Shown here piece after piece: positions 1-11,079 of a stretch of 64,000 bases of DNA; position 1 is the stretch's first letter, and each line of letters opens with the position of its first letter. The DNA is from Corallochytrium limacisporum Hawaii. Lineage: Eukaryota > Protista > Pluriformea. Both the position numbers and the translations under genes were made by a program. Under the pieces are notes generated by a model that saw nothing but the letters and a program-made list of their open reading frames with translations, ran no database searches and had not been told where the DNA came from. Location of the stretch: the NCBI GenBank assembly GCA_002811645.1, contig PDIP01000046.1, positions 32,258 to 96,257 on the forward strand, read 5' to 3'.

Positions 1-398
1 TTTCCTTTATATCGTGATGGTCAGTCGCGAGAAGATCGAGCTTGACGAGGAGCGTCAATAGGTCAGTCCACCTCCCCCCACACCGCAGGTGCCTGAGTTT
101 CCATCCCACCCAGTCTTAAGTGGGCTTATTGCTGACGAATGCACGATGACAAATTTGTAGACGAAAGCGCAGGCAAAGGCTCCACGGAGTGAGAGAGAAA
201 ATGGCAGTTCGCCGCGTAAGGGGAGGGCCAACGTTGGTTTCCTTGCATCCCACGGGCGGCTCATTTTCTCCTTCCTCGGCAGGGAAACAGGGCCAGGCTA
301 CCTAATGTGCTAGGTCCAGAGAGACCAATACGAGCAGTCCGACTGCTGTAGTCGTCACAAGAGCAACATGCTCATGGAACGGAGTACTAAGGTCCATG

Positions 399-1736
399 TT
401 ACATTCTAGGGGGTTTTGAGTTCGGAGGATTCGACGGCGCGCCTTGTGCATGATCAGGCGGTGCTTGTGATTGGCCAGTGCAAGCATGTTGGGAGGGCCC
501 GGGACCCATTTGTGGGGTGGCATGGCATCTATGTCCTTGCGGGACCTGTGATCTGGTCTGATCAGCATACGTGGTGTTCGACAGAATCCACTGTTGCGGT
601 ACTGCTTCACTGCGAGGCGAGTGAACATACTGCATAGGAGCAGGGGCTGTATACGCAGGTTGCTGGGGAACAACTGTGTACATCATGTTGCCATGCATGT
701 AAATGGGGAATCCCTGTGGGCTTACAAGTTGATAGGCCGTGGTCATGGGAGCAATTCCTTGTTCATTGGCCATGGGGATACCCTGTGGATGAATGGCCAC
801 GGGAGGTCCGGCTGGCATGCTGTGAGTTGTATGGTACCACGGTGCCTGAGGTGCAAATGCCGTCTGATTGTGCTGGACAGGGTTGTTTCCGTGATGCGGT
901 ATCAGCATCACTGGCGGTACTTGACTTGGTTCTCGTCCGTACGCTGGCTGGCTTGGGGCAGATGAAAGGTGCGTGTTATACTGTGCAGGTGTGGCGCCAT
1001 TGTTCGTAGCGTGCAACTGCTGAGGTGTGCTTTCCGAAATCGCGGACTGCGTAGGTGCTTTGCTGCCAGATTTGACGTTGCTGTCCCTCTTGCCCGTCTG
1101 TACCGGAGAGTCATCGTTGCTCTTGTAAGAGTCGCTGTCATTGTCATCCGCGACAGTCAATTGCATATCTCGTATGGACTTCAGACTACCAGAAATACGC
1201 CGCCTGATTCTTGACGCTAGTGATTTGTGAGACCGTCTGAATAGCGGATGGCTGAACGCAAGAATCTTGCGCCACGTGTGAATAGTAGCCTTGCTGTTAT
1301 TCGACGAGCGTAGACTTATATGACCACGTTCTAGTGCGCTCAGGACTTCCGCTTGACTGAATCTGTGGAAGCCATACAGGTTTAGCTGCCGGATGAAACT
1401 ACTGATCCGATTGTGTTTGAAGTACCGGGGAATGATTTCTGCAGCAAACTTGTCACGATTGTACACGACCAGAGATTTTCCATCCTGAGTCCACTTGATC
1501 ATTTCACCATCCTTGTCGTCCTCTACGATTTTCAAAAGTTGATTAATGAACCCATGGCCGACAACACGATTGTCATCGTCTTCTTCGGGATTCCTTTCAT
1601 CACTGCCGCTACTTTCATCACTACTACGGCCTTTCATTCTCGCCTCAGAGGGTGTCCCAGTTGCAGGTGCTGTTTGTGACTGATTGTCTGCGGTACTAGA
1701 GCCTATTCCACTGAGCTCAGTCTGTTTCCCCGACAT
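399..1736 (-). CDS. HSF-type DNA-binding domain transcription factor (paralog A) with Q/P/H-rich C-terminus
   Basis: 445-aa ORF with HSF DBD motifs FINQLLKIV, IKWTQDGKSLVV, IPRYFKHNRISSFIRQLNLYGFHR and FSHPLFRR; low-complexity Q/P-rich tail. Confidence 0.9.
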   Translation of the reverse strand: MSGKQTELSGIGSSTADNQSQTAPATGTPSEARMKGRSSDESSGSDERNPEEDDDNRVVGHGFINQLLKIVEDDKDGEMIKWTQDGKSLVVYNRDKFAAEIIPRYFKHNRISSFIRQLNLYGFHRFSQAEVLSALERGHISLRSSNNSKATIHTWRKILAFSHPLFRRSHKSLASRIRRRISGSLKSIRDMQLTVADDNDSDSYKSNDDSPVQTGKRDSNVKSGSKAPTQSAISESTPQQLHATNNGATPAQYNTHLSSAPSQPAYGREPSQVPPVMLIPHHGNNPVQHNQTAFAPQAPWYHTTHSMPAGPPVAIHPQGIPMANEQGIAPMTTAYQLVSPQGFPIYMHGNMMYTVVPQQPAYTAPAPMQYVHSPRSEAVPQQWILSNTTYADQTRSQVPQGHRCHATPQMGPGPSQHACTGQSQAPPDHAQGAPSNPPNSKPPRM

Positions 1737-4700
1737 GTTATCTTGAAAACTTGACTCACCCTGGGAAGAAGACCCTTCCTGTCATGTGTTTGTGACTGCG
1801 TTGGATGCTTTGTGTCTTGGATCAGACTAAGCCGTACTTTTCTGCACACTTCTTGAGCCTTTGTTCTTGTTCTTACGTTTGACTTGTTGAGGTTTTGATC
1901 TTTTCCGTAGCCATTGTGTGGTTCGTGACTGGAACAAGTGAAACGGCCAGTATACTGAACGACCTGATTGCTGTGGTTTCAGTTGAGGCTAGGATCACCA
2001 GAGCGAGTATTATTGTTTGGGTCTTCGCTAACATTTGTGCCACTCCGCAGCTTAATATCGGCGTCCTTAAAGTTCGCTAAGTTCTCGAGTCTCGTTTTGT
2101 TCAAACCATGGTTGTGTAAACTCTTTAGTCGTTGATTCCATTCCCATTGTTCGGAACAGTAACTGATAGGGTAAGGACAACGCCGACTATCTCGTTACTG
2201 ATGGGTGGTCAAATTCATGTACCTTCAAAAGGTGCAGTGTCTTGCTGTCTTGAAGTTTACATTCCAAAAGTGGTCGTCTTTGGCAGTACACTCATCTATT
2301 CACAAGGTGGCTCGAGAGACAGCTCTGCATACCACCTACCTGCGTACAGTAGGTTTTCCCTGTTGGGGAGGGTCCGTTCGTGTGGTTGGGGCTCATGGAT
2401 TTTGAGTCCGCTTCCAGTAGGAGACTTGTCCCACCCTCAGAGCTGTCGCGCACGCAGCTGGTGTTGAGGGGCCCGATGGATGTTCTGTACCTCCTTTTCA
2501 TTACTTCTCGGCCACCGTTTGTGTTCCTCGTAATTGGGATTCTCCTCTATTATCACCCACGCACAAGAAATGGGAACATGCTTGGAAGTCATATGATGCT
2601 AGGAGGTGTTTTGCCGCGCTTTCGATTTGAGGGAGATGGTATTGCAAGAAGCTCTGTTGTTCCTAAATTCATCGGTGTACCCAAGCACACCACACGCTTT
2701 GTCTGTGTGACATAGGGGACTCCCCGTGCCTTGTGGTGCACGTCAGCATTGATTTCCAAGGGAACCACATATTTTGGTGATATTTCGAATGGAAGTGCAG
2801 CAACGGGCTACGGCTGTGTCATTTCTTCCTTGCGAGCGGGTCCTACGAGAAAACCCACAAAGTTCCGTTCCCAATAAATTAACCCATTCTTCGCTCATTT
2901 ACCGAGACTGGCCCTCTGACCTAAAGTTTCCGGTGGGCTTTCACCGGCTTCCGCAATATTAGGGCACACTATGCAGCCCTCTGTTCTACACACTACGTGT
3001 GAATGCACGCAAAGGCGTATCTCGCCATCACAGCCGTCCGGTCATTTGGTGTGGGAAGTGTGCCTCCGGGCGTGCAGCGCGAGAACTGTCGGAAAGGCGC
3101 ACCGGGAGGATCGCTCTGACAGGGTGTGTGTGACTTAGTTTACAACCATTTGTAAACATTTCTGAGTGGCATTACAGACCCCCTGTGCGGCGCAGGGGAG
3201 GGGCCCTTGCAGCATGGACCTTCTGGGACCTGTGAAGTGGAAAAAAGTTGTCAATGGTGAATGAATCTATAGATCATACCGTTTGACCAATTCGAGAAGA
3301 TATTCTATAGTTTGGGCAATCCACTCACTGCGCATAGCATCCGATCGCAAAATGATCAAACCCCTGCTGTACGCTTCTTCCATTGTTTGATTCACATCCA
3401 CATTTCTCAAGTGCCGCAAGTTGATAGCGAAACCGGTACACAGCACACAGGTTCCCCACTTCGTCCATCACTCCGAGGTCGAACGCGAAGGGAGACGAAA
3501 AGCTAGGCTGTGCAAACCCTGGAGATTTCCAGCAACAGAGTGTGGCTCAACACCTTTGTCCAAGCAGTTTGGTGCAGGTTGCCGCATCAGCGAAGTCTCT
3601 TCATGTTTGCGCTTCTGTAAATGGCTACTGAGCCACCATGTGCGTACACAGCAAACTGATGAAGTATGCCCCAACCGCAATTTTTGTACTCATACCTTTA
3701 CAAGGTAAGGACCCTTGCGGTAGCGACCGGACCCTCCCAGCGATGGTGGGGCGGAATTTGCCACCCGGGGATCTCACACGTCGCTTCCCGACGATTGACT
3801 GTCCCCGCAAGTAAAGACGAAAAGAAATTTGCAATGAATCAGGCTGGAAGACCCTCCCCGGCGGTTGCGCGGCGAAATTTTCCCCACGTAAACGGCTGGG
3901 AGGATAGGAAAATGTGGACATGCTCCAGCATTCTGCGCTGTGACAGTATGTTCCATTCTGGTCAGGCATACTGGAATGTCTCGCCAGCCGCAAAAGAAGC
4001 AACATGGGCATGGACCGGAGCGACTACTCAAGAGCCATTAGGTTGGTCCATGAAGGAATTGAGTGACCACGGCGATGATGGGGAAGCTCTGGTGTCCCCC
4101 TCCTCCCAGCAGTTGCGTTACAAATGGGTGCGCGCTGCTAAGATCCAATCTGAGGCAGAGAGGGCAGGGGACCCTCCCTCCATATGACACGCTCGCTGGC
4201 CCTGCCCTTTCTCATCTCGCAGCCCCGGGCGGCAGCAGTGTTGGGGCTGAAAATTACCAACCCCTCCTCCTGTTCCTCCCCCTCCCACTCTGTGTCCCTT
4301 TATTTCTGTTGGGGCGAAGCCCCGTGTGTCAGTATCTTGGCCGGCCCGAAGCTGGAATTCATACCGACGTCACTATTTGCAAGAAAAGGGGTACCAATTG
4401 CATTTGGATCTTTGGCAATTATTGCCTTTCCATTGGACCTTAACGGAGAACACTTCCTGTCCCATTACACCCGCTTTGGAGTTTGCTAAGGAAGTGTGAT
4501 GTTCCTGCCAATTTTACATCAAATACCCAAGTATGTGGAGAGGTCAAGTTCAAACAAACTTTTAGTTCGGAGTACTATACATGCCTGTTTCCCATTGGCA
4601 GCCGTAACCTTTGCAACCTCTGGGCTAATGGAACAGGCCTTCCCTGCAATATGTCAACGCAACAAACTTAGTGAAGGAGACAAACAATTGAGGCACCGTA

Positions 4701-5642
4701 TGTTCTGCTCTCCACTGATTTGCAATATGAAACTTGTGATTAATTACATCTATGATTATGATTGATACCATTAAATTGATATACTTTTTATTGGAAATGG
4801 GGCCTTAACCGCGACTTTCTAGTACCCACCATTCGAACGTGTCCGTAACTGAAAGACAAGAAAGAACCCAAACCAAACCAAAACCGGTGTTTAAATTGGT
4901 GGTCAGTCATTTCATCACCCGCTGTCCCATTTGGGAGGAAGTAAATTTTGTCCCGGGGGGACCCGACAGGCACTAGTGCCATGCAAATAGCATGAACAAA
5001 TATGATCCAGTATCTAGCCATTGCGTGCAGCCAATCTTTTGGACAGAGTTATTCGGATTATTTCGGTGGTCTCGGGTGGAAGCTGGAGATACAGAGAGCC
5101 GGGAATTCTATACATTGGGATTGGTACAGACGAGAGGTCATTTGGGAGTGGATGTGGCCTTTACCTCTTTCTGAAGCCAATTGCGACCAATTTTCCATTT
5201 TCATCTGTCGTGCGTCCAATCCTGAACCCGTGCAAGGTTCAGCAAACGTGATTCTCCAGCCTTGAACACTACCTCACGAGACCATTGCCGTGGGCATCGC
5301 CATGGAACTCAAGTAGTATTGTTGGACACAATTGTGCACCTTTTCACGGATCGAAAACGTCACGAATGCATCGAAGTGAAAAATACCTATGTACTACATG
5401 CTGATGATGTGCCCTATAAAATCAAGTTGTCTGCCGCAGGTGTCGTGTTCACAATTTAAGTGTCAACCGTTTTGGTTTCCACCAGGGAATCGATTCGATC
5501 CATCACGTTGCTGTCCTCTGTATGGCTGCTGTCGTTGATGAGGTTGCAGAGGAGGATACTGTCGCTGTTCCTGGTGTTGCTGTTGTGGCAGTTGGTGGCC
5601 CCCATCGGCTACATAGTGACCAATTCCATGAGCATGTTGATG

Positions 5643-7082
5643 TTAAGCAGGAAATTGACCGGTCTGTTGGTGATGCTGCATGTGATGTGGATGTTGCATA
5701 CTGTACTGGTGTTGGTGTTGTTGTTGCACAGGCTGCGCGGCAGGGTGCTGGGCATGCTGACGGTGTGCGGGATGGTCCGGCATGTTTGACTGTACGGAGT
5801 GGGCCTGGTAGAGATGATTAGATCCTGCAGGACTGTGGACATAGTACATGGAGCCTGGCAATTGGCCATGCTGAGGCATTATTGCAACAAGCATGGGCTG
5901 TGGTTGCACCTGTCCCGGCATAACGGCCTGCACCTGTTGAAAATGAGGAAATTGCATGAACATGGTCGGGTTCACCGGTTGCATGACCTGTTGATTGTTC
6001 ACCTGCTGCTGGGGAGGCAGAGACAGAAACTGCTGGTTCATATTCGACGGTATATGCTGTTCCTGCTGTGTGACTGCCAGAACATGATGCGACTTAGCCT
6101 CACTCAGCTTTCGCGGTACAGACGATGACGGTGTGGACCAAGTACCCGCCTTTCCTCCCTCTCCGCTCGCATTCCCTTGTCCATCGTTGTCGGAAGTTAT
6201 CCGGTTAGCAGTTCCAGACTTTGGTGGTTTCTTTCGCTGTTTGCGTTTGATTTTGGTTGCGAGTTGGGGATTGCCCTTGATAAAGTTTTCGTGTTGAAAA
6301 ACAAGCAATTTCGCCCATGATGTGAAACTTGGATTGCTTGTTCGAATGTTAATGTTCTCCCTTTCCAGAGCCCGAAGGATCTCTGGTGAAGAGAACTTAT
6401 GGAAGCCATACAGATTTAGCTGCCGGATGAAGGATGCCATTCGGCGGTGCCGGAAGTGAGTCGGTAGGAAGTCTTGAACGAAGCGGTTCTGGTCATATAT
6501 GACCACCGATTTACCATCCTTGGCCCAGCAAATAAGGTCGTCCAATTGAGGGTCGTTGACAAGCTTAAAGATGTTCTGCACAAACGTGGGGATCATGAGC
6601 GCAACAGCTTCTTCTTCCTCCTCCTCTTCTTCCTCTTTTTGCTCAGCGTCTTGAGCAGTAGCCTCTTCGAAGTCATTATTCATTTCGCTGGCATCATGCC
6701 CACTAGTGCTTCGAAAGTTTTGATCACTTGTTGACATGTTCCTGGAGCTCGAAGTTGCCGGCTTCGCTTCACTTCTACGCTTGGCATCAGCTGTCTGTGG
6801 GTCGGATTTCGAGCGTGCTCGAGATTCATCCTCGTCGGCCCTATCTTTACTTTTTATCGTAGTCGTCCGAGTTCGACTGGCGGTAGTCTCACGGCTACCA
6901 CCAGATCCTTCATGAGTTTTCGAGGACGGAGCTGGTGAACGTCTTGAGTTTGTGTCACTTCGCTGTAGGTGCTCAGAATCTTGTTTCGCCTCGTATGTGT
7001 GGCACGAGGTTTCCGAAGACTCCATATTTTCCGAGTCTCCTTCATCAACTCTACTGAGGTCTTCGGCCCCGATTCGTGACAT
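5643..7082 (-). CDS. HSF-type DNA-binding domain transcription factor (paralog B) with acidic tract and Q/H-rich C-terminus
   Basis: 479-aa ORF with FVQNIFKLV, ICWAKDGKSVVI, LPTHFRHRRMASFIRQLNLYGFHK and FQHENFIKG; basic NLS-like KIKRKQRKK. Confidence 0.9.
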   Translation of the reverse strand: MSRIGAEDLSRVDEGDSENMESSETSCHTYEAKQDSEHLQRSDTNSRRSPAPSSKTHEGSGGSRETTASRTRTTTIKSKDRADEDESRARSKSDPQTADAKRRSEAKPATSSSRNMSTSDQNFRSTSGHDASEMNNDFEEATAQDAEQKEEEEEEEEEAVALMIPTFVQNIFKLVNDPQLDDLICWAKDGKSVVIYDQNRFVQDFLPTHFRHRRMASFIRQLNLYGFHKFSSPEILRALERENINIRTSNPSFTSWAKLLVFQHENFIKGNPQLATKIKRKQRKKPPKSGTANRITSDNDGQGNASGEGGKAGTWSTPSSSVPRKLSEAKSHHVLAVTQQEQHIPSNMNQQFLSLPPQQQVNNQQVMQPVNPTMFMQFPHFQQVQAVMPGQVQPQPMLVAIMPQHGQLPGSMYYVHSPAGSNHLYQAHSVQSNMPDHPAHRQHAQHPAAQPVQQQHQHQYSMQHPHHMQHHQQTGQFPA

Positions 7083-8275
7083 GCTTAGAGCTTCTTATAC
7101 TTTAACACTGCCTGGCTACATGGTTCTTGTTCTTGTGGCGAGACCTCGGTCCCGTACATCATTGTGTTCCTTGGAGGGAGGTAAGTACAATTATCTGCCT
7201 GAGATTGAAGAGTCGACTGCAAAATAGCCTTCTTGCGGACACAAACATCACAGAACTATTACCTTGGTCGTAATAACTTAGCTACAGCATAATCTTCAAC
7301 ATAGCAGAGTTACTTTTCTCCCAATAAAGGAACGTTGGTGCAGTTCGTATGACCCAGCCCCAATTTAGACCCTCCCCAAGTCTTTCCGGGCTGCAGACCC
7401 TCCCTATGGGTAACATTCGGTGAACAGAAGGTCAGTCCAGGCTCACGATAGAGAAGAGCTGCCGAGTGCGCAACATCCGAGCCCATTTTCGATGGTAAGA
7501 GCACTTTCCTGCTGGTTCTTGAATGCTTGGCAGCACTCAATTGCCCACAGCACCGAGGAGTGATAGTTCTTGGATGTCTCGAAAGTGGTTCACCCGGGGC
7601 TGTGTGAGATAGTCGAAACAGGGCCGTAACCCCGGGCGCAGCTGCCGCATTGTTTCTCCGTGTTCGTCGCTTCTCCTGGTAATATGTATTCCTATGTATT
7701 CCTGGGGGATATTTCGTTTAGTATTGAGAGTACACAGTAGTCCACAGTGGTCGGTCGCACTCGGAACATGGGTGTGTGGCCGGCCATCCATGCTTAAATC
7801 CTATCTCCCACCGGCAGAAGAAGGACGAAGGATGTTTACGTCCACTACCCTGTCAGATCTGACAGGCAAAGGAATTCGTATCTTTGCGTATTGTTCGCAT
7901 TCTGGAAACCAGCACAGGCTCTTATTAGAACATGATATGTTTTTCAAGAACGGTTCCTGGACTTCTTGCCCTTCCTTCCCAAGTGACGGCTATGCAAAAG
8001 GGGGGGGGAGGAGAAAATTTTGATTAAAATCATTATCTCAATATGAAAATTTTGAAACAATCAAAAATCACAAATCTTGCAAAGATCGCTGAAACTTTGG
8101 ACATCAGTAGGGGGGCTGTCCTCCGGAAGGATCCCTCGCACACGCGAGTTCATTAAATCCCTACGTGCACCATGTCAGGGTATTCGAGAATGATGAGTAT
8201 CAGTAATTGCGCTTGTGGTTGGCGCTCGCAGATCATGGATGTGCTATTGGAACTTCACGGGTCCGGGATACAATT

Positions 8276-8860
8276 ATGGCTAACTCTGTGAGGAGAACCC
8301 TCACCTTTGTGACGGGCAACAAGAAAAAGCTTGAAGAAGTTGTGCACATCCTCAATAGCAACCCGTCTGTTCATTTTGACATTGACAACAAGAAGATCGA
8401 CCTTCCAGAACTGCAGGGTGAACCGGAAGAAATCGCACGGAAGAAGTGCCAGCTGGCGGCCCAGGACATTAAGGGACCAGTGATCACAGAAGACACCTGC
8501 CTGTGCTTCAATGCCCTGAGTGGCCTACCGGGACCGTACATCAAGTGGTTCCTCGAAAAGGTGGGGCATGATGGGCTGAACCGAATGCTCCACGGTTTCG
8601 AAGACAAGACAGCGTACGCGCTATGCACTTTTGCCTTCACGGAAGGACCGGGTGAGGAAATATTTGTCTTTGAGGGCCGGACGGATGGGCGCATTGTACC
8701 GTCACGTGGTGACAACAACTTTGGATGGGATCCTATTTTTGAACCTGAGGGATTCGCACAAACATATGCTGAGATGGACAAAGATGTAAAGCACACCATC
8801 AGCCATCGTCGCCGGGCACTGGATGCCATGCGCGTGCACTTCGAAAAGGAAGGTCAATAA
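8276..8860 (+). CDS. ITPA: Inosine triphosphate pyrophosphatase (HAM1 family)
   Basis: [49 protein letters not shown] and ISHR motifs; first ATG at 8276 (the track start at 8207 is TTG). Confidence 0.96.
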   Translation: MANSVRRTLTFVTGNKKKLEEVVHILNSNPSVHFDIDNKKIDLPELQGEPEEIARKKCQLAAQDIKGPVITEDTCLCFNALSGLPGPYIKWFLEKVGHDGLNRMLHGFEDKTAYALCTFAFTEGPGEEIFVFEGRTDGRIVPSRGDNNFGWDPIFEPEGFAQTYAEMDKDVKHTISHRRRALDAMRVHFEKEGQ

Positions 8861-8887
8861 TTATAGATTACACTGTTGTATTTGTAC

Positions 8888-10618
8888 CTAGAGCATGAAG
8901 AGTCCATTCTTGGTCGACTTGAACCGTACACCACGATTCCTTTTCACGTTCCTGCTCGCAAACTTCTTGCCCATTTTCTTGTGGTGAAGATCCTGACTCG
9001 GATGGTTTGGTGTTGCCTCGTTTGCTGCCCGCTTTCTGGCAAGACTCTCCGCTTTGTACTCTCTCCAAGTCTTTCCGTACTTGTCCCGGGCATATTTCAT
9101 CGGGGAGACGTTGATATGTTTGCTCAGCAAACCTTTAGAACCTAAGGCAAGCAAATCCAAGTGCTGGCCAGCCAAGCACGCTTTCCTGGACTGTTCAAGT
9201 TTCCGGGACACCTCGGACTCTAGCAGTCTACTGACTATTCTGGTTACATTGTAGTTGCCATCCACGGGATCTTCACAGTGCAGTCCGACTCCGAAGGGAT
9301 AGCATCTTCGGAGAATGGCTGGAATGCCTGATGTCGACATGGCCACAGGTTGACCTGCCCTGACACTGATCATGTGATCGGCATACGGGAATTGGGAGTA
9401 GTAGTGGAAGAATCCAGTAAGCATGGACGCGTAGTTACATTCATTTGTGGTATCTCTGAACCCCAATCTGCGGCTTCGCTTTGCTTTCTTATCCCATTCA
9501 TCCTGGCTGGTTTCTGACCACCATGCCGATGGTTTGCCCACGGCTTCCACTGCATGTAGTGATGGCATCATTTGGGGCTTCACACCCGCTTGGAGGTACT
9601 GCAAAACCATCAATGACAATCCAAAGCTATTGAAGGCATATCTTCCACCGAGAAGGCCAGCTTGCCGGGCCCAGTGTTTAACAATGTGTACCATGTCTCT
9701 GTACATTGGATTCAAATCCACATACGCTCGCAGCAATTCAGTATTCTGAAGCCCAGTCGGGCCATACCCGCTCACATCACACGCTACATTTGTTTCTCTA
9801 TCCACAAACTTGAGCAGTGGCACTCTTGCTCGCGGAATCCACTCCATATCCTTGTAGCGTCTCCTTTCTGTCCCCTGTAGTATGAATTTTGCCTCACTCA
9901 ATGCTTGACGATTCACTTCCCTGAGGCTTTGGCCCGAGAGTTTCGCAACGTCCCCAAATACAAGTTCCGAACTAAGGTGATTCGGATATAACTGAATGTC
10001 TATATCACTACCCTTTGTACTAAGTCCATTTCCAGCGCTTCCGAATGTGGAAATGCACCAGTCCTCTCTCGGGAATATAGCACGCAAGTGCTCCATGGTA
10101 GCGTTTCGCCTATCTAGCTCCTCTTCTGCTGGAAGAATTGTGTTCTGCAACCAGCTACGCAGCACTAAGTCAACGTACCGCAGGTGGTCTGTTGATTCCT
10201 GTACAAAATCTGAAGCCTGTCCTTTGACCAAGAGAATTCCTTCGTTAATAGAAGCTGTATCCGTTTGGGAATTACGAGCGGATTCCATGTAACTTTCGAA
10301 CATGACTCGGTCTGGCGAAGGCATTTCAGGGAAACCGATTCCTTCTGGAGGCCCTGTAATATCATCCCGTGATCCTCTTACAATGCTTCCCCGTTCTCTA
10401 TGTTGCTGTTGCTTCCTTTTTTTGCGCACAGTCTGAGACTTTGGCACTGGCGGCTCAACTGGAGCCATCTCCACGCCGAAATCTATCCAATCGTCCTCCG
10501 TGGAACCATTCTGAGGCGTGGATTCTGTTTTCTTGTGTCTTATAAATGGTATGGCCCGTGACGGATGTGATCCCAGCTTGCCAACTGAACCTACAGCTCG
10601 GTGGCGTAAGGTAAACAT
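8888..10618 (-). CDS. Non-canonical poly(A)/poly(U) RNA polymerase (Cid1/MTPAP/TENT family), probably mitochondrial
   Basis: Pol-beta NTase motif FGSAGNGLSTKGSDIDI, ARVPLLKF, CDVS, VKHWAR, PAP-associated EDPVDGNYNV; Arg-rich, acid-free N-terminus resembling a presequence. Confidence 0.85.
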   Translation of the reverse strand: MFTLRHRAVGSVGKLGSHPSRAIPFIRHKKTESTPQNGSTEDDWIDFGVEMAPVEPPVPKSQTVRKKRKQQQHRERGSIVRGSRDDITGPPEGIGFPEMPSPDRVMFESYMESARNSQTDTASINEGILLVKGQASDFVQESTDHLRYVDLVLRSWLQNTILPAEEELDRRNATMEHLRAIFPREDWCISTFGSAGNGLSTKGSDIDIQLYPNHLSSELVFGDVAKLSGQSLREVNRQALSEAKFILQGTERRRYKDMEWIPRARVPLLKFVDRETNVACDVSGYGPTGLQNTELLRAYVDLNPMYRDMVHIVKHWARQAGLLGGRYAFNSFGLSLMVLQYLQAGVKPQMMPSLHAVEAVGKPSAWWSETSQDEWDKKAKRSRRLGFRDTTNECNYASMLTGFFHYYSQFPYADHMISVRAGQPVAMSTSGIPAILRRCYPFGVGLHCEDPVDGNYNVTRIVSRLLESEVSRKLEQSRKACLAGQHLDLLALGSKGLLSKHINVSPMKYARDKYGKTWREYKAESLARKRAANEATPNHPSQDLHHKKMGKKFASRNVKRNRGVRFKSTKNGLFML

Positions 10619-11079
10619 GTTATGTCATGTGTGAGTGGTTGTCAGCAGCCCGTCTCTGCCCATCTTGTATTATCATAGAGCCAGAAAAGCCCGAATCGTG
10701 GAGCGTTATGTCTATTAGCGCAGGTTTAATTATGCCAAGGATACCTACTCCATCATGAAATAGGGAATCTGAAACTTCTTTGTCAAGAGAAACCGGTGTT
10801 ACTTGAGTACCTTCGCCTTCGTCTCCTGCTCGAAGCCTGAAGCCTGTGCGCAAGAATTGGCACGGAGGGGTGGGGGAGGGAGGTGCGGAGAGAGGGGTGC
10901 GGAGGGAAGGGCGCGGCGGGTACCGTGGTACCAGTTTGCGGGGCCATAAGGAACAGGGACCAGATGGGAGATCGTGAGCCTTGGTCAGCTAACACCATCA
11001 GCACTTGAGACCAGCATCTGTGACCACAGCTGGGGCTTGACCATTGCACACTATACTGTTCAGTAATCTTTTCGATTTT

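Noticed and set aside
3291-3306. TTCGAGAA as a heat-shock element (also near 8183 and 16746)
   Set aside because: Only two nGAAn units; the third is out of register, so it is not a canonical HSE
3666-4187. 173-aa ORF between the HSF genes
   Set aside because: No recognisable motif and atypical W/S/A-rich composition; likely a chance ORF
5460-6128. Hydrophobic ORFs on the + strand
   Set aside because: Antisense shadows of the Q/H-rich tail of HSF paralog B
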